NCBI GenBank assembly: GCA_046484125.1
Contig: JAWOBX010000095.1
Span: 1-61,015, forward strand
Source: Dehalococcoidia bacterium
GTDB lineage: Bacteria > Chloroflexota > Dehalococcoidia > SZUA-161 > SpSt-899
Direction of reading: 5' to 3'
Length of the DNA stretch: 61,015 nt
Part shown: in pieces, positions 8,933 to 18,719 of the stretch
Layout: each line of letters opens with the position of its first letter
Position numbering within the stretch: position 1 is the stretch's first letter
Notes under the pieces: generated by a model
Told to the model about the DNA's origin: nothing
Databases searched by the model: none
Seen by the model: the letters and a program-made list of their open reading frames with translations, nothing else
Made by a program: the position numbers and the translations under genes

Positions 8933-9385
8933 ATGCCTGAAGTCGAACATATGGAAATAGTCAAAGCTCCCCTCCCTACCTCATGGGAATTCTGCAGGGA
9001 TATGAACAACTGGGTCCAGTTTCTGAAAGGCTATCAGAAGCATGAGGAAAAGAACGAATGGGACTCTGTGTGGTGGATCAAAGGTGATGTTGGCATTCTG
9101 GCCCGCACTGTTTCCTTCGAGGTACACATTGACGAATGGATTGAACAGGAAAGCGTCACCTTTTCCATGAAAGGTATCAGCGAGTCGATGACGGGGAAAG
9201 GCGCGCTGCGAATGGAGGCGGCCGACAACAATACCACCAAATTGACTTTTTACCTGGAGGTCAAAGCGGGCGGACTGATAGGGCCCATGGTTAACGCGGT
9301 ACTGGGACCGGTGCTCAAACCAATAGCTGATGATTTCGCGGCAAAACTCAAGGCCAGACTCGAGGAAATAGCATCACAGTCCTGA
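8933..9385 (+). CDS. SRPBCC/CoxG (START-like) ligand-binding protein
   Basis: 150 aa with WEFCRDMNNW...KGDVG and a C-terminal helix after GGLIGPMVN, typical of CoxG/SRPBCC. Confidence 0.8.
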   Translation: MPEVEHMEIVKAPLPTSWEFCRDMNNWVQFLKGYQKHEEKNEWDSVWWIKGDVGILARTVSFEVHIDEWIEQESVTFSMKGISESMTGKGALRMEAADNNTTKLTFYLEVKAGGLIGPMVNAVLGPVLKPIADDFAAKLKARLEEIASQS

Positions 9386-9489
9386 CCTTCTTACGCGCAT
9401 GAGAAGAGACCAGATGATCACCCGCCTTAAGAGAAAAATGGCGTAGAGGCGCAATCGTTGCCTGCCCACAACTTTCAGGAGATGTCATT

Positions 9490-11553
9490 ATGTCAAGTTT
9501 TGATAAACTGTTCAGCCCAATCCAAATCGGGAACATGGAAATCAAGAACCGGATAGTCATGTCCCCGATGACAACTCTGTTCGCCAATATGAAGGAGCAG
9601 ATAACGGATCTGGCCCTTGACTACTATGTCGCACGAGCCAGAGGAGGCACAGGCCTCATCACTGTGGAAGCCTGTACGATTGATCGCCCACACAACTATC
9701 AGTTCAAATCCCTGGGCCTGTGGGACGATAAGTTCATAGCCAGGCACAAAGAACTGACCGACGCTGTTCACGCTCATGACACGAAACTGATCCCGCAAAT
9801 CACTCATCCGGGCCCGGAGTCGCGAGCCCCTATACTTTTCAAGCAACCCGCAGTCGGCCCCTCTTCGGTTCAGTCCGAAATGACCGATGAGATATGCAAG
9901 GAACTCACTATAGAAGAAATCGAAGAGGTTATCGAAAAATATGGTGACGCGGCCAGACGCGCAAGAGAAGCCGGCTATGATGGAATGCAGCTTCATGCCG
10001 CCCACAGCTATATGCTGGCCGGATCCTTCCTGTCACCGCATCGCAACAAGCGAACAGACAAGTACGGCGGTTCGCTGGAAAACCGGGTCCGGTTCGTCCA
10101 GGAAGTCCTGGCAAACATTAGAGCCAAGGCTGGCGATGATTTCCCGATAGATATTCGGATATCCGGAGAAGAACGCATACCCGATGGGAACGATCTTCAG
10201 GACACACTCCGCATGGTCCCGCTGCTCGTGGAGGCAGGTGTCGATTCATTCCACGTTTCCGGGGGTGCAATCGATAAACTCGTCACCATGATCGAGGCCG
10301 GTCCGGAATATCCTCTCGGTTTCAATGTGTCTGCTGCCGCCGCAATCAAGAAGACAGTGGATGTTCCCGTAATGGTCGTTGGTCGAATTAAAGACCCCTA
10401 CCAGGCTGAGGAAATACTTCAGAAAAACGAAGCTGATATGATCGTTATGGGGCGCGGGTTGCTGGCCGATCCGGAATGGCCCAATAAAGCCAGGGCCGGA
10501 AAGGCGGATGAAATACGCAAATGCATCTCCTGCCTGAATTGCTTCGATTCCCAGGCTATGCTGGAAGGACTCAGTTGCTCGGTTAATGGCGTGCTGGGCT
10601 ATGAGAACGTAGAAGAATACCAGTTGAAACCGGCACCCAAATCAAAGAGCGTGATTATCATCGGTGGAGGCCCGGCCGGAATGGAAGCTGCCCGTGTCGC
10701 TTCTATCAGAGGTCATAAGGTCTCCCTGTACGATAAGCTTCCACGGCTGGGGGGCTCCGCCATCCTGGCGTCGATGGTTCACCCGGATAATGAGGATTTC
10801 ATCAACTTCCTGATTACACAGATGAAGAAACTGGGAGTGACAGTAAAATTAAAGCAGGAAATGACCCCTGAGATGATCACCGCCCTCAAGCCTGATGTGG
10901 TTATAATCGCGGTAGGGCCTTCTCTGGTAACTACGAGGATACCCGGAGATGAGCAGCGTCACGTCCTCAGCGCCCCCGATCTCAAAGCGGTCATGGCCGG
11001 TAATCTCAGTGGCCCGGGAGCGGCAAAACTGCCTGCCTCAATTAAAATGGGATTGCGTCTGGCCCGGCCATTTATGCCACGTCTGATGAAACCATCCACC
11101 ATACGAAGCTTGACCAAAACCTGGATGCCCGTCGGAAAACGAGTAGTTGTCATCGGAGGTGATCTGGCCGGCTGCGAACTGGCGCAGTTCCTGGGCGAAC
11201 ATGGTCGAAAGGTGACTCTGCTGGAAACCGGAGATACAATTGCCCCTGAAGTCGGTCCCAAACGGCGGGACAATCTGCAGGGCTTTCTAAATAGAGCCGG
11301 CGTGACCGTTTTCACTCAGGTGACACCAAAAGAGATCACCCGCAATACCGTTACCTTCGAGTCCGGCGATGGGAACTCTCAGGCCGTTGAAGCGGATAGC
11401 GTCATTGTCGCTGGTGAAGCCGAGTCGAACACGGGCATGTATGAGGCTCTGGAAGGCAAGGTCCCTGAAGTTTACACGATTGGTGATTGTGCCGCAATCG
11501 GACTGATCCGAAAAGCCACGGCAACAGCGATGGGTGTTGCGATCAAGATATAG
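9490..11553 (+). CDS. BaiH-like FMN/FAD/Fe-S NAD(P)H-dependent oxidoreductase (OYE plus FAD domain), copy 1
   Basis: PQITHPGPES, LHAAHSYMLAGSFLSP, RISGEE, CISCLNC...C and GGGPAG motifs. Confidence 0.88.
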   Translation: MSSFDKLFSPIQIGNMEIKNRIVMSPMTTLFANMKEQITDLALDYYVARARGGTGLITVEACTIDRPHNYQFKSLGLWDDKFIARHKELTDAVHAHDTKLIPQITHPGPESRAPILFKQPAVGPSSVQSEMTDEICKELTIEEIEEVIEKYGDAARRAREAGYDGMQLHAAHSYMLAGSFLSPHRNKRTDKYGGSLENRVRFVQEVLANIRAKAGDDFPIDIRISGEERIPDGNDLQDTLRMVPLLVEAGVDSFHVSGGAIDKLVTMIEAGPEYPLGFNVSAAAAIKKTVDVPVMVVGRIKDPYQAEEILQKNEADMIVMGRGLLADPEWPNKARAGKADEIRKCISCLNCFDSQAMLEGLSCSVNGVLGYENVEEYQLKPAPKSKSVIIIGGGPAGMEAARVASIRGHKVSLYDKLPRLGGSAILASMVHPDNEDFINFLITQMKKLGVTVKLKQEMTPEMITALKPDVVIIAVGPSLVTTRIPGDEQRHVLSAPDLKAVMAGNLSGPGAAKLPASIKMGLRLARPFMPRLMKPSTIRSLTKTWMPVGKRVVVIGGDLAGCELAQFLGEHGRKVTLLETGDTIAPEVGPKRRDNLQGFLNRAGVTVFTQVTPKEITRNTVTFESGDGNSQAVEADSVIVAGEAESNTGMYEALEGKVPEVYTIGDCAAIGLIRKATATAMGVAIKI

Positions 11554-11696
11554 AGAGTAACAGGGGCGGGAACCATATGGAAAGTACCTGCTCCCTGTAT
11601 CGCTGGCAATGGAACCGGGCAGAGGCGTATATGCTATCCATGGTATATTAAATAAGCACGGGCTTACGGTAGAACTCTAAACCAGGCAGGTTCTTA

Positions 11697-13652
11697 GTGA
11701 CCTCACTGACAAGCTTGTTCAGTCCTGTCCGAATCGGCTCGATGGAGCTGAACAACCGCATCGTAATGTCCACCATCTCTACGGGTGACTACTGCAACCG
11801 CGATGGCACCGTATCCGAGAAGCTCATCGGATATCTTGAAGCCCGGGCCAGGGGCGGTGTCGGGCTTATCAATACGGAACCTGTTACCATTGGGGAAAAG
11901 CTTCCATATACACCAAGAACCCTCGGAATCTGGGACGACAGGTTCATTCCCGGTTTACGACGGTTGACCGATATCCTGCACTCCCATGGTGCAAAGGTTC
12001 AGCCCCAGCTAATGCATCCGGGCCCCGAATCGCTGTCCCCTTTCTTCCATAAAACTCCCGCTAAGGGCCCATCTCCGGTCATATGCCACACCACCAAACA
12101 GGTATGCCATGAGATGACCCGAGACGAGATCGACGAGGCAGTCAAGCTGTTTGGAGAAGGAGCCAGGCGAGTCAGGGAGGCCGGTTTCGACGGAGTGGAG
12201 TTACACGCGGCCCACAGCTATATGCTCGTGGGTTCTTTTCTTTCCCCTCTACGTAACCGGAGGGCAGATGAGTACGGGGGGTCAATCGAAGGCAGGCTCC
12301 GTCTCCTCCTCGAGGTGATTGACAGTATAAAACAATCGGCCGGAAGCGACTTCCCCCTTACGTTGCGGATCTCCGGTGATGAGTTGACGCCCGGGGGGAA
12401 TACTATCAATGATATGCAGCATATCGCCCCAATACTGGTTGAGGCCGGAGTCCACGCCTTCCACGTTTCGGCGGGAGCTTTTCCCAACTGGCGAATCATA
12501 GCGCCCACAGGGACGCCTTACGGATTAAATGTCGCTTTTTCCGCCGCACTTAAGGAAGTGATCGATGTGCCGGTTATGACGGTTGGCAGGATCAACGATC
12601 CGCGGCTGGCCGAAACAATTCTGCGCCGAAAACAGGCCGATCTGATCGTAATGGGCCGGGCGTTACTGGCCGATCCGGAACTCCCCCTGAAGGCCATGGA
12701 AGGCCGGTTCGATGATATAGCCCCCTGCATCTCCTGTCTGCTGGGATGCCGAGGAGTGACACCGGGAATGGCCATGACCTGTGTGGTCAATCCTGCTCTC
12801 GGTAGAGAACAGGAGATGACCATTACGCCTGCCACCGAGCCCAGGAAGGTGATGGTAGTAGGAGCCGGCCCCGGCGGGCTGGAAACCGCCAGGGTGGCGG
12901 CGTTGAGGGGTCATCAAGTAGATCTCTATGAAAAAGAGCAGCGAATCGGCGGTCAGTTTAACCTCGCAGCCGTACCGCCCATGAAACAGGAACTGGTCAA
13001 AGTACTCCGCTACCTGTCGATACAGGCGGAGAAAGCGGGGGCCAACATTCGGTTGAATACAGAGGTAACTCCGGAAATCATCGCGGAAGCCGGTCCGGAT
13101 GTTCTGGTCATCGCTACCGGTGGGGTACCCCTGATTCCGGATATCCCCGGGATTGATGGCGAAAAAGTGATAACCGCCCATGATGTTCTGGCCGGAAAAC
13201 TGGCTATCCACGGGTCCGATGTGCTGGTGATCGGCGGCGGGATGGTTGGCTGCGAAACCGCCGAGTTTCTGGCCAACAGGGGGGATAATCCCCTTATCGG
13301 GCGCACTCGCGTTACTATCGTTGAGATGCTCGATGATGTGGCAAAAGACCTCGCGCCTGAAAACCGTTCCCTGCTGATGCAAAACCTTCGCGAGGCGGGT
13401 GTCACCATCATCACCTCAGCCAGAGTCAGGGAAATCCTCGAGGACGGTGTAATCATTGAAAAAGACGGTCAGGAATCATCCCTCCGTCCCCTTGACTATA
13501 TCGTGTTAGCAATGGGCGCGAAATCATATAATCCGTTCGGTAACGAGATCATGGGAAAAGCGAAGGAAGTACATGTCATCGGTGATGCCGCAAATCCGTG
13601 CAGGGCACTTGAGGCAATTGCCGATGGTGCGAGAGTGGGCAGAGAGATTTAG
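11697..13652 (+). CDS. BaiH-like OYE/FAD oxidoreductase, copy 2
   Basis: PQLMHPGPES, LHAAHSYMLVGSFLSPLRN, RISGDE, CISCLLGC and GAGPGG motifs. Confidence 0.9.
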   Translation: MTSLTSLFSPVRIGSMELNNRIVMSTISTGDYCNRDGTVSEKLIGYLEARARGGVGLINTEPVTIGEKLPYTPRTLGIWDDRFIPGLRRLTDILHSHGAKVQPQLMHPGPESLSPFFHKTPAKGPSPVICHTTKQVCHEMTRDEIDEAVKLFGEGARRVREAGFDGVELHAAHSYMLVGSFLSPLRNRRADEYGGSIEGRLRLLLEVIDSIKQSAGSDFPLTLRISGDELTPGGNTINDMQHIAPILVEAGVHAFHVSAGAFPNWRIIAPTGTPYGLNVAFSAALKEVIDVPVMTVGRINDPRLAETILRRKQADLIVMGRALLADPELPLKAMEGRFDDIAPCISCLLGCRGVTPGMAMTCVVNPALGREQEMTITPATEPRKVMVVGAGPGGLETARVAALRGHQVDLYEKEQRIGGQFNLAAVPPMKQELVKVLRYLSIQAEKAGANIRLNTEVTPEIIAEAGPDVLVIATGGVPLIPDIPGIDGEKVITAHDVLAGKLAIHGSDVLVIGGGMVGCETAEFLANRGDNPLIGRTRVTIVEMLDDVAKDLAPENRSLLMQNLREAGVTIITSARVREILEDGVIIEKDGQESSLRPLDYIVLAMGAKSYNPFGNEIMGKAKEVHVIGDAANPCRALEAIADGARVGREI

Positions 13653-13773
13653 ACGTTTCACCTTTGACCGGCTCCCAGGGGGAACCAGGTGACCTTTGAA
13701 GGAGTACCTGTTTCTGGAGTAACGCCCCATGATAATTGAGCTAAATAAGAGGTCAAAACGCGAGGGGTAAACC

Positions 13774-14013
13774 ATGCAAATATCAATAGAGACGTCAAGT
13801 TGCACCGGTTGCCTGCGGTGCGCTCTGGCATGTTCGTTCTTCACCTCAGGTCATAAGGCCTTTAACCCCTTTCAGTCCAAAATTCAAATCTCACCAGCGA
13901 TAGATGATGAAGGATATGACATCTCGTTCACGCCGGAATGCAACGAATGTGGCCTGTGTGTGAAATATTGCGTGTTTGGTGCGCTGCACGGAAACGGGGG
14001 GCAATATGAGTAA
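13774..14013 (+). CDS. 2x[4Fe-4S] ferredoxin, likely AOR partner
   Basis: CTGCLRCALAC and CNECGLCVKYC. Confidence 0.9.
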   Translation: MQISIETSSCTGCLRCALACSFFTSGHKAFNPFQSKIQISPAIDDEGYDISFTPECNECGLCVKYCVFGALHGNGGQYE

Positions 14014-15886
14014 CCTCGGGGGATATGCCGGTAATATTTTAACAGTTGATCTGAGTTCGGGGCGGATATCCTCGGCAACTCTTTCACAGGATCTCGCGGT
14101 CCGGTTCATTGGCGGGGCTGGTTTGAACGCCCGTTTGGCCTATGACCAGATCGTAGCTGGAACCCCGGCGTTATCGCCGGAGGTACCGATGATTCTGGGG
14201 GCCGGGCCGCTCGTTGGCACACTCGCTCCTTTAGCATCGCGCACTAACATCACCTCTAAGTCCCCGCTCTCCGGGTACATAGGGTCTTCCGGAGCCGGAC
14301 ATATGGGCGCCTTGAAATTCTGTGGATACGATCACCTTATCATAACCGGCAAAGCTGAAAAGCCGGTAATTCTGGAAGTCGGAGACGAGGTGAGGATCAG
14401 TCCGGCGAGCCATCTGTGGGGCAAAGATACCTGGGAAACAACCGAGTCTATACGTGATGACCTGGGAAGACAGCGCTCGATCGCCGCCATCGGACCGGCA
14501 GGTGAGAATCAAGTGGGGACTGCCTCAATTCTGGTCGATAAAAAGGCGGCTTACGGCAAGACAGGCTTAGGGGCCGTGATGGGCTCTAAAAACCTCAAGG
14601 CTATAGTTCTCTCAGGCACCAGAGGTGTTACCGTCGCCGAACCCAATCGGTTTATCAAACTGGTTAACGATTTAACCGGCCAAATAACCGGCACCCCGGG
14701 CCTGGAGTATTTCCAGAAGCTGGGCATCATGACGATGTACCAGGACATGCTTGCCGCGAAAGGTAAAACATTTCCCTTCAAAAACGGGCTGGAGATCCTT
14801 GATACGGAAAACACGCCTAATCTCGATATGAAGCAGTTATGGCAAATGTTGTCGCAGTCTCGTAATATCAGTTGCCTTTCCTGTCCGATAGGATGCAAGA
14901 ACTCTGTAACGATCTCGGAGGGTCCTTACTCCGGTTTGAGTATGATCGTGGGCTGCTTCGGGCCTTCAACCGGGGGATTTGGCGGTCTCTGCGGCCTTGA
15001 AGGATGGGATGAGATGGTTAAGTGCAGTGAGATATGCAACCGTCTGGGAATGGATTACAGCTCGGCCGGACTCATCTCAATGGCCATAGAGCTATATCAG
15101 AATGGGATTATAAGTAAAAGTGACACCGATGGAATGGAACTGGACTGGCACCAACCGGAAATGGTTCATGATCTGCTTTATAAGATCGCCCATCGGGAGG
15201 GATTTGGTGCCATCCTGGCCGACGGCTCCCTGGCGGCACAGAAACGCATCGGTACCGCCGCGGAAGGATATTCGGTTCATTATAAAGGGCAAATAGATAC
15301 AGCAGGAGCCGATCCCCGTCCCTCATTTGCGACATGGACACGGAGCCTGATTACCAGTCCGGTCGGCCAGGCGCTCCCTTTGAATGAAATCCACCACCTT
15401 CCACCTGAAAAAATAGAGGGTATGCTTCGTTACCAGGGCATACCTGATACGGATATAAAACGCGTTCTGTCCACAATGGAGAGCTGCAATTCCGGAGAGT
15501 TAACCCGATGCAGCGAGAACTACATTTTCGCGCTGGAGTGCCTTGGACTGTGCGCCTTCTGGAGCCAGATGTTTGGCATCGATACCTGGGCGGAGGTATA
15601 TTCAACCGCCACCGGCATCGATATGGATGGACCCGGCCTGTTAGAAGCCGCCGCCCGCGGCATCGATATGAGAAGGGCATTCAACGTCAGGGAGGGAGCC
15701 GGCAGGAAGGACGATACCGTCCCGAAACGGTTTATGTCGGAACCGGTAAAGGTTTATGGGGAAACCCGGCCACCCTTTGATAGCAAACAACTCGACGATG
15801 AAGTGACAGGATATTATATAGCCCGGGGATGGAACTTGCCGGAAGGTACAGTAAGCAGTGAGAGGCTGGCTGAACTTTTGAAGTAG
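14006..15886 (+). CDS. Aldehyde:ferredoxin oxidoreductase (W-AOR family)
   Basis: GYAGNILTVDLS, AIGPAGEN, GLGAVMGSKNLKAI, CLSCPIGC and LGMD motifs. Start at ATG 14006. Confidence 0.92.
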   Translation: MSNLGGYAGNILTVDLSSGRISSATLSQDLAVRFIGGAGLNARLAYDQIVAGTPALSPEVPMILGAGPLVGTLAPLASRTNITSKSPLSGYIGSSGAGHMGALKFCGYDHLIITGKAEKPVILEVGDEVRISPASHLWGKDTWETTESIRDDLGRQRSIAAIGPAGENQVGTASILVDKKAAYGKTGLGAVMGSKNLKAIVLSGTRGVTVAEPNRFIKLVNDLTGQITGTPGLEYFQKLGIMTMYQDMLAAKGKTFPFKNGLEILDTENTPNLDMKQLWQMLSQSRNISCLSCPIGCKNSVTISEGPYSGLSMIVGCFGPSTGGFGGLCGLEGWDEMVKCSEICNRLGMDYSSAGLISMAIELYQNGIISKSDTDGMELDWHQPEMVHDLLYKIAHREGFGAILADGSLAAQKRIGTAAEGYSVHYKGQIDTAGADPRPSFATWTRSLITSPVGQALPLNEIHHLPPEKIEGMLRYQGIPDTDIKRVLSTMESCNSGELTRCSENYIFALECLGLCAFWSQMFGIDTWAEVYSTATGIDMDGPGLLEAAARGIDMRRAFNVREGAGRKDDTVPKRFMSEPVKVYGETRPPFDSKQLDDEVTGYYIARGWNLPEGTVSSERLAELLK

Positions 15887-15940
15887 CGCGAGACCGCTAC
15901 AGCTTCAAGTGAAGTCGATGCCATTGGAGGTGATTTAAAG

Positions 15941-17344
15941 ATGCCACATAAACTTATTTCAGCCGTCACCGAGATTGTCGGTCCCGGGTATTGTTCGGAT
16001 AGCGACTTCGCTACTTTTGCCTGTTCGAACAATTCAAGCCAGTACCCCTCAAGAGTGCCCGGAATGGTGGTCCGGCCAGGAAATACGGATGAGGTCTCCC
16101 GGATCGTCAAACTGGCAAATCAGGATAAGGTGCCTGTTGTGCCGCGTGGTGGAGCGTGCAGTTATGGGGGCTGGCCGGAGGGTGAGCCGGGGGAAAGCAT
16201 CTGCATCGATCTGACCCGGATGAGGCGGATACTGGATTTCAATCCGGTCAACAAGACGGTAACTGTAGAGGCCGGTATTACCGGCAGTGAAATAGAGACC
16301 CGGATGAGGGCGGAGGGATTCTGCGTTCACACCATCTTTTCCCCATCGGATTCCGTAACTGTGGGCGGCATGATCTGCGGTGAGAGCGGCGCTGCCGCAG
16401 GCAGGGATTTCAGCAGCGCGGGCATGGACTGGCTTTTTACCTGGGGACTTAAAGTGGTTTTGCCGAACGGGGACATCATCCAGACAGGATCAGGTATCAA
16501 TCCGCAGGCCAAGAATCACTCCCGGGTCTCAAGCGGACCCGATCTTACCGGCCTCTTTATCGGGAGCATGGGTGTTTTCGGTATTGTCACTGAGGTGACG
16601 ATGCAGCTTTTCCACCTGCAACCCTATGAAGCTACAGGCAGCGTTGCCTTCGACTACGGTCACCTGGACGATGCCCATCGAGCGATGGCGGCGATTGATG
16701 ATCACGAACCTAAACTGTGTGCCATACTGGCCATGTTCGGACCGGGTCCTGTTATACCTGAAGGCCAGGATTGGGTGCTGATTTACCGGGTCACGGGTTT
16801 CACTCAAGATGAGGTGGATCGAAAGCTGGGGACCATCGCCAGGATCCTGAGGGAGGTAACGCCCTCCAATAAGGGACCGACCGCGTCATCTGAGAAGATG
16901 GCCGACTTCTATATCAATCGCATGCATGATTCCGCTCACGGTTTTGGCATGTGGTTTATGATAGAATCACTGGCCCCCAGGGACCAGTCACTGAGGAATT
17001 TAAAAGCCAGCTTTGAATGGCTTAAAAATGAACTGGCGGGCTGGGAGCGCAGAGTCCCTGTTTTCAATAGTTCCCTCTTCGCTCAGCTTGATGGTGACGT
17101 CGTATCCTATCATGGGATGGTCGATCTTACCGATGAAGAAGCTCGTGAAAAGGCTATGGAGGTGCAAAAAGGCACTCTCGATATGCTGCTTGGCCTGGGA
17201 GGGAATGTCATTGTCCTCAGCAAGGACCTTTGCGATGTTGGCGCCGACCATTTCCGGCCTGAGTGTGCCGCTATGTTGCGAACCATGAAAGCCGCTCTTG
17301 ACCCGAACAATATCATGAATCCGCATATATTCAAATTGCCCTAA
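15941..17344 (+). CDS. FAD-binding oxidoreductase, GlcD/VAO-type
   Basis: VVPRGGA, VTVEAG, TVGGMI, GPDLTGLFIGSMGVFGIVTE and LDPNNIMNP motifs. Confidence 0.88.
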   Translation: MPHKLISAVTEIVGPGYCSDSDFATFACSNNSSQYPSRVPGMVVRPGNTDEVSRIVKLANQDKVPVVPRGGACSYGGWPEGEPGESICIDLTRMRRILDFNPVNKTVTVEAGITGSEIETRMRAEGFCVHTIFSPSDSVTVGGMICGESGAAAGRDFSSAGMDWLFTWGLKVVLPNGDIIQTGSGINPQAKNHSRVSSGPDLTGLFIGSMGVFGIVTEVTMQLFHLQPYEATGSVAFDYGHLDDAHRAMAAIDDHEPKLCAILAMFGPGPVIPEGQDWVLIYRVTGFTQDEVDRKLGTIARILREVTPSNKGPTASSEKMADFYINRMHDSAHGFGMWFMIESLAPRDQSLRNLKASFEWLKNELAGWERRVPVFNSSLFAQLDGDVVSYHGMVDLTDEEAREKAMEVQKGTLDMLLGLGGNVIVLSKDLCDVGADHFRPECAAMLRTMKAALDPNNIMNPHIFKLP

Positions 17345-17476
17345 TGTTTTTAATATCGACCTCGCCGCGAATTCTGAGGATCGGAAAAGACCCGGACATA
17401 TCATTGAACCGGTTGCCAGCCGAAAACCCGGGCGAGCAAGTGACGGTTCACGCTATCGGCCACAGGAGGGAAGAAT

Positions 17477-18667
17477 ATGACAAATGAGTCCAAACTGGAA
17501 CAGATAAGGAAGATGGTGTATTCATGCGTTCAGTGCGGGTACTGCCGTGAAAAATACTCGGACGAAGTCTTTACCACGCTGATCGCCTACCGCGTCTGCC
17601 CCATCAGGGAGCACACCGCTGGTTTTGAGCATCATTGCGCTCGCGGAAAGATAAAGATCGCCCAGGGCATCCTTGAGGGCCGGTTCGACTACACTGATGA
17701 GCTCATTAATTTGCTCTATACCGATCCTGACTGCAAATTATGTTCCTGGATATGCCACGCCGAACCGATGCTGGATCCGGTCAGGATATGGCTGGCCATG
17801 CGTCAGGATATCGTTGCGGCGGGACTCGGTCCCCCGGAACCGCTAAAGCAAATAGACAATCGTGTTTCACAGAAACACAACGTATTCGGAGCCATACAGG
17901 AGCGGAGGGCCCGATGGGCTGCCGATCTCGATCTTCCCCGTAACGGAGACACTGTATACTTCGCCGGTTGTCACGCGTCGTATCCCAAGAGTGAAATTGC
18001 CCGGTCAACAGTGGCGATTTTGAGGAAAGCCGGAATCGATGTGGCGTATCTCGGTGAAGATGAATGGTGCTGCGGCGTGGTACAGTTTCATGACGGGTCA
18101 ATCGATATCGCGGAGGAACTGGCCAGGCATAACGTGGAATCTATCAGCAACAGTGGCGCCCGCCGGGTGGTAACCGGCTGTGCCGAATGCTATAAATCCC
18201 TTAAACTGGAATATCCGGCCCTTGTGGGCGAACTGCCGTTTGAAGTAGTTCATACCAGCGAGCTTTTCGCGGAATTGATCGACTCCGGAAAACTGGAACT
18301 GAAGGAGGGGCTCGATGAAAGGAAGATCACCTATCACGACCCCTGCCAGATGGGCCGATATTGCCAGGTATACGATCCTCCAAGAGAGATTTTAAAGCGC
18401 ATCCCGGGGATTGAATTGATCGAAATGCTGAGACATCACGGCAACGCCTGGTGTTGCGGCAATGGGGCGGACATGGTGCGGTCTATGGATGGCGACCTCG
18501 CCAGGGAAATCGCCATGGATCGGTTAACCGAGGCTAATGAGGCCGGTGCTGAAGCTATAGTGACCGCCTGTCCCCGGTGTGTAGAGAGCTTTGAGCGGGT
18601 TGCCGAAGGAATGAAGGTATATGACCTGTCCGTGGTAACCGCTCGAGCGCTTTCCATTGGAACCTGA
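17477..18667 (+). CDS. Fe-S oxidoreductase with two CCG domains (GlcF/HdrD-like)
   Basis: CVQCGYC, YFAGC, EWCCG, TYHDPC, WCCG and VTACPRC motifs. Confidence 0.9.
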   Translation: MTNESKLEQIRKMVYSCVQCGYCREKYSDEVFTTLIAYRVCPIREHTAGFEHHCARGKIKIAQGILEGRFDYTDELINLLYTDPDCKLCSWICHAEPMLDPVRIWLAMRQDIVAAGLGPPEPLKQIDNRVSQKHNVFGAIQERRARWAADLDLPRNGDTVYFAGCHASYPKSEIARSTVAILRKAGIDVAYLGEDEWCCGVVQFHDGSIDIAEELARHNVESISNSGARRVVTGCAECYKSLKLEYPALVGELPFEVVHTSELFAELIDSGKLELKEGLDERKITYHDPCQMGRYCQVYDPPREILKRIPGIELIEMLRHHGNAWCCGNGADMVRSMDGDLAREIAMDRLTEANEAGAEAIVTACPRCVESFERVAEGMKVYDLSVVTARALSIGT

Positions 18668-18719
18668 AGTTAATATCCATAGATAAATGCCTGAGCCGGC
18701 AATTATGAGGTAAGAGATC

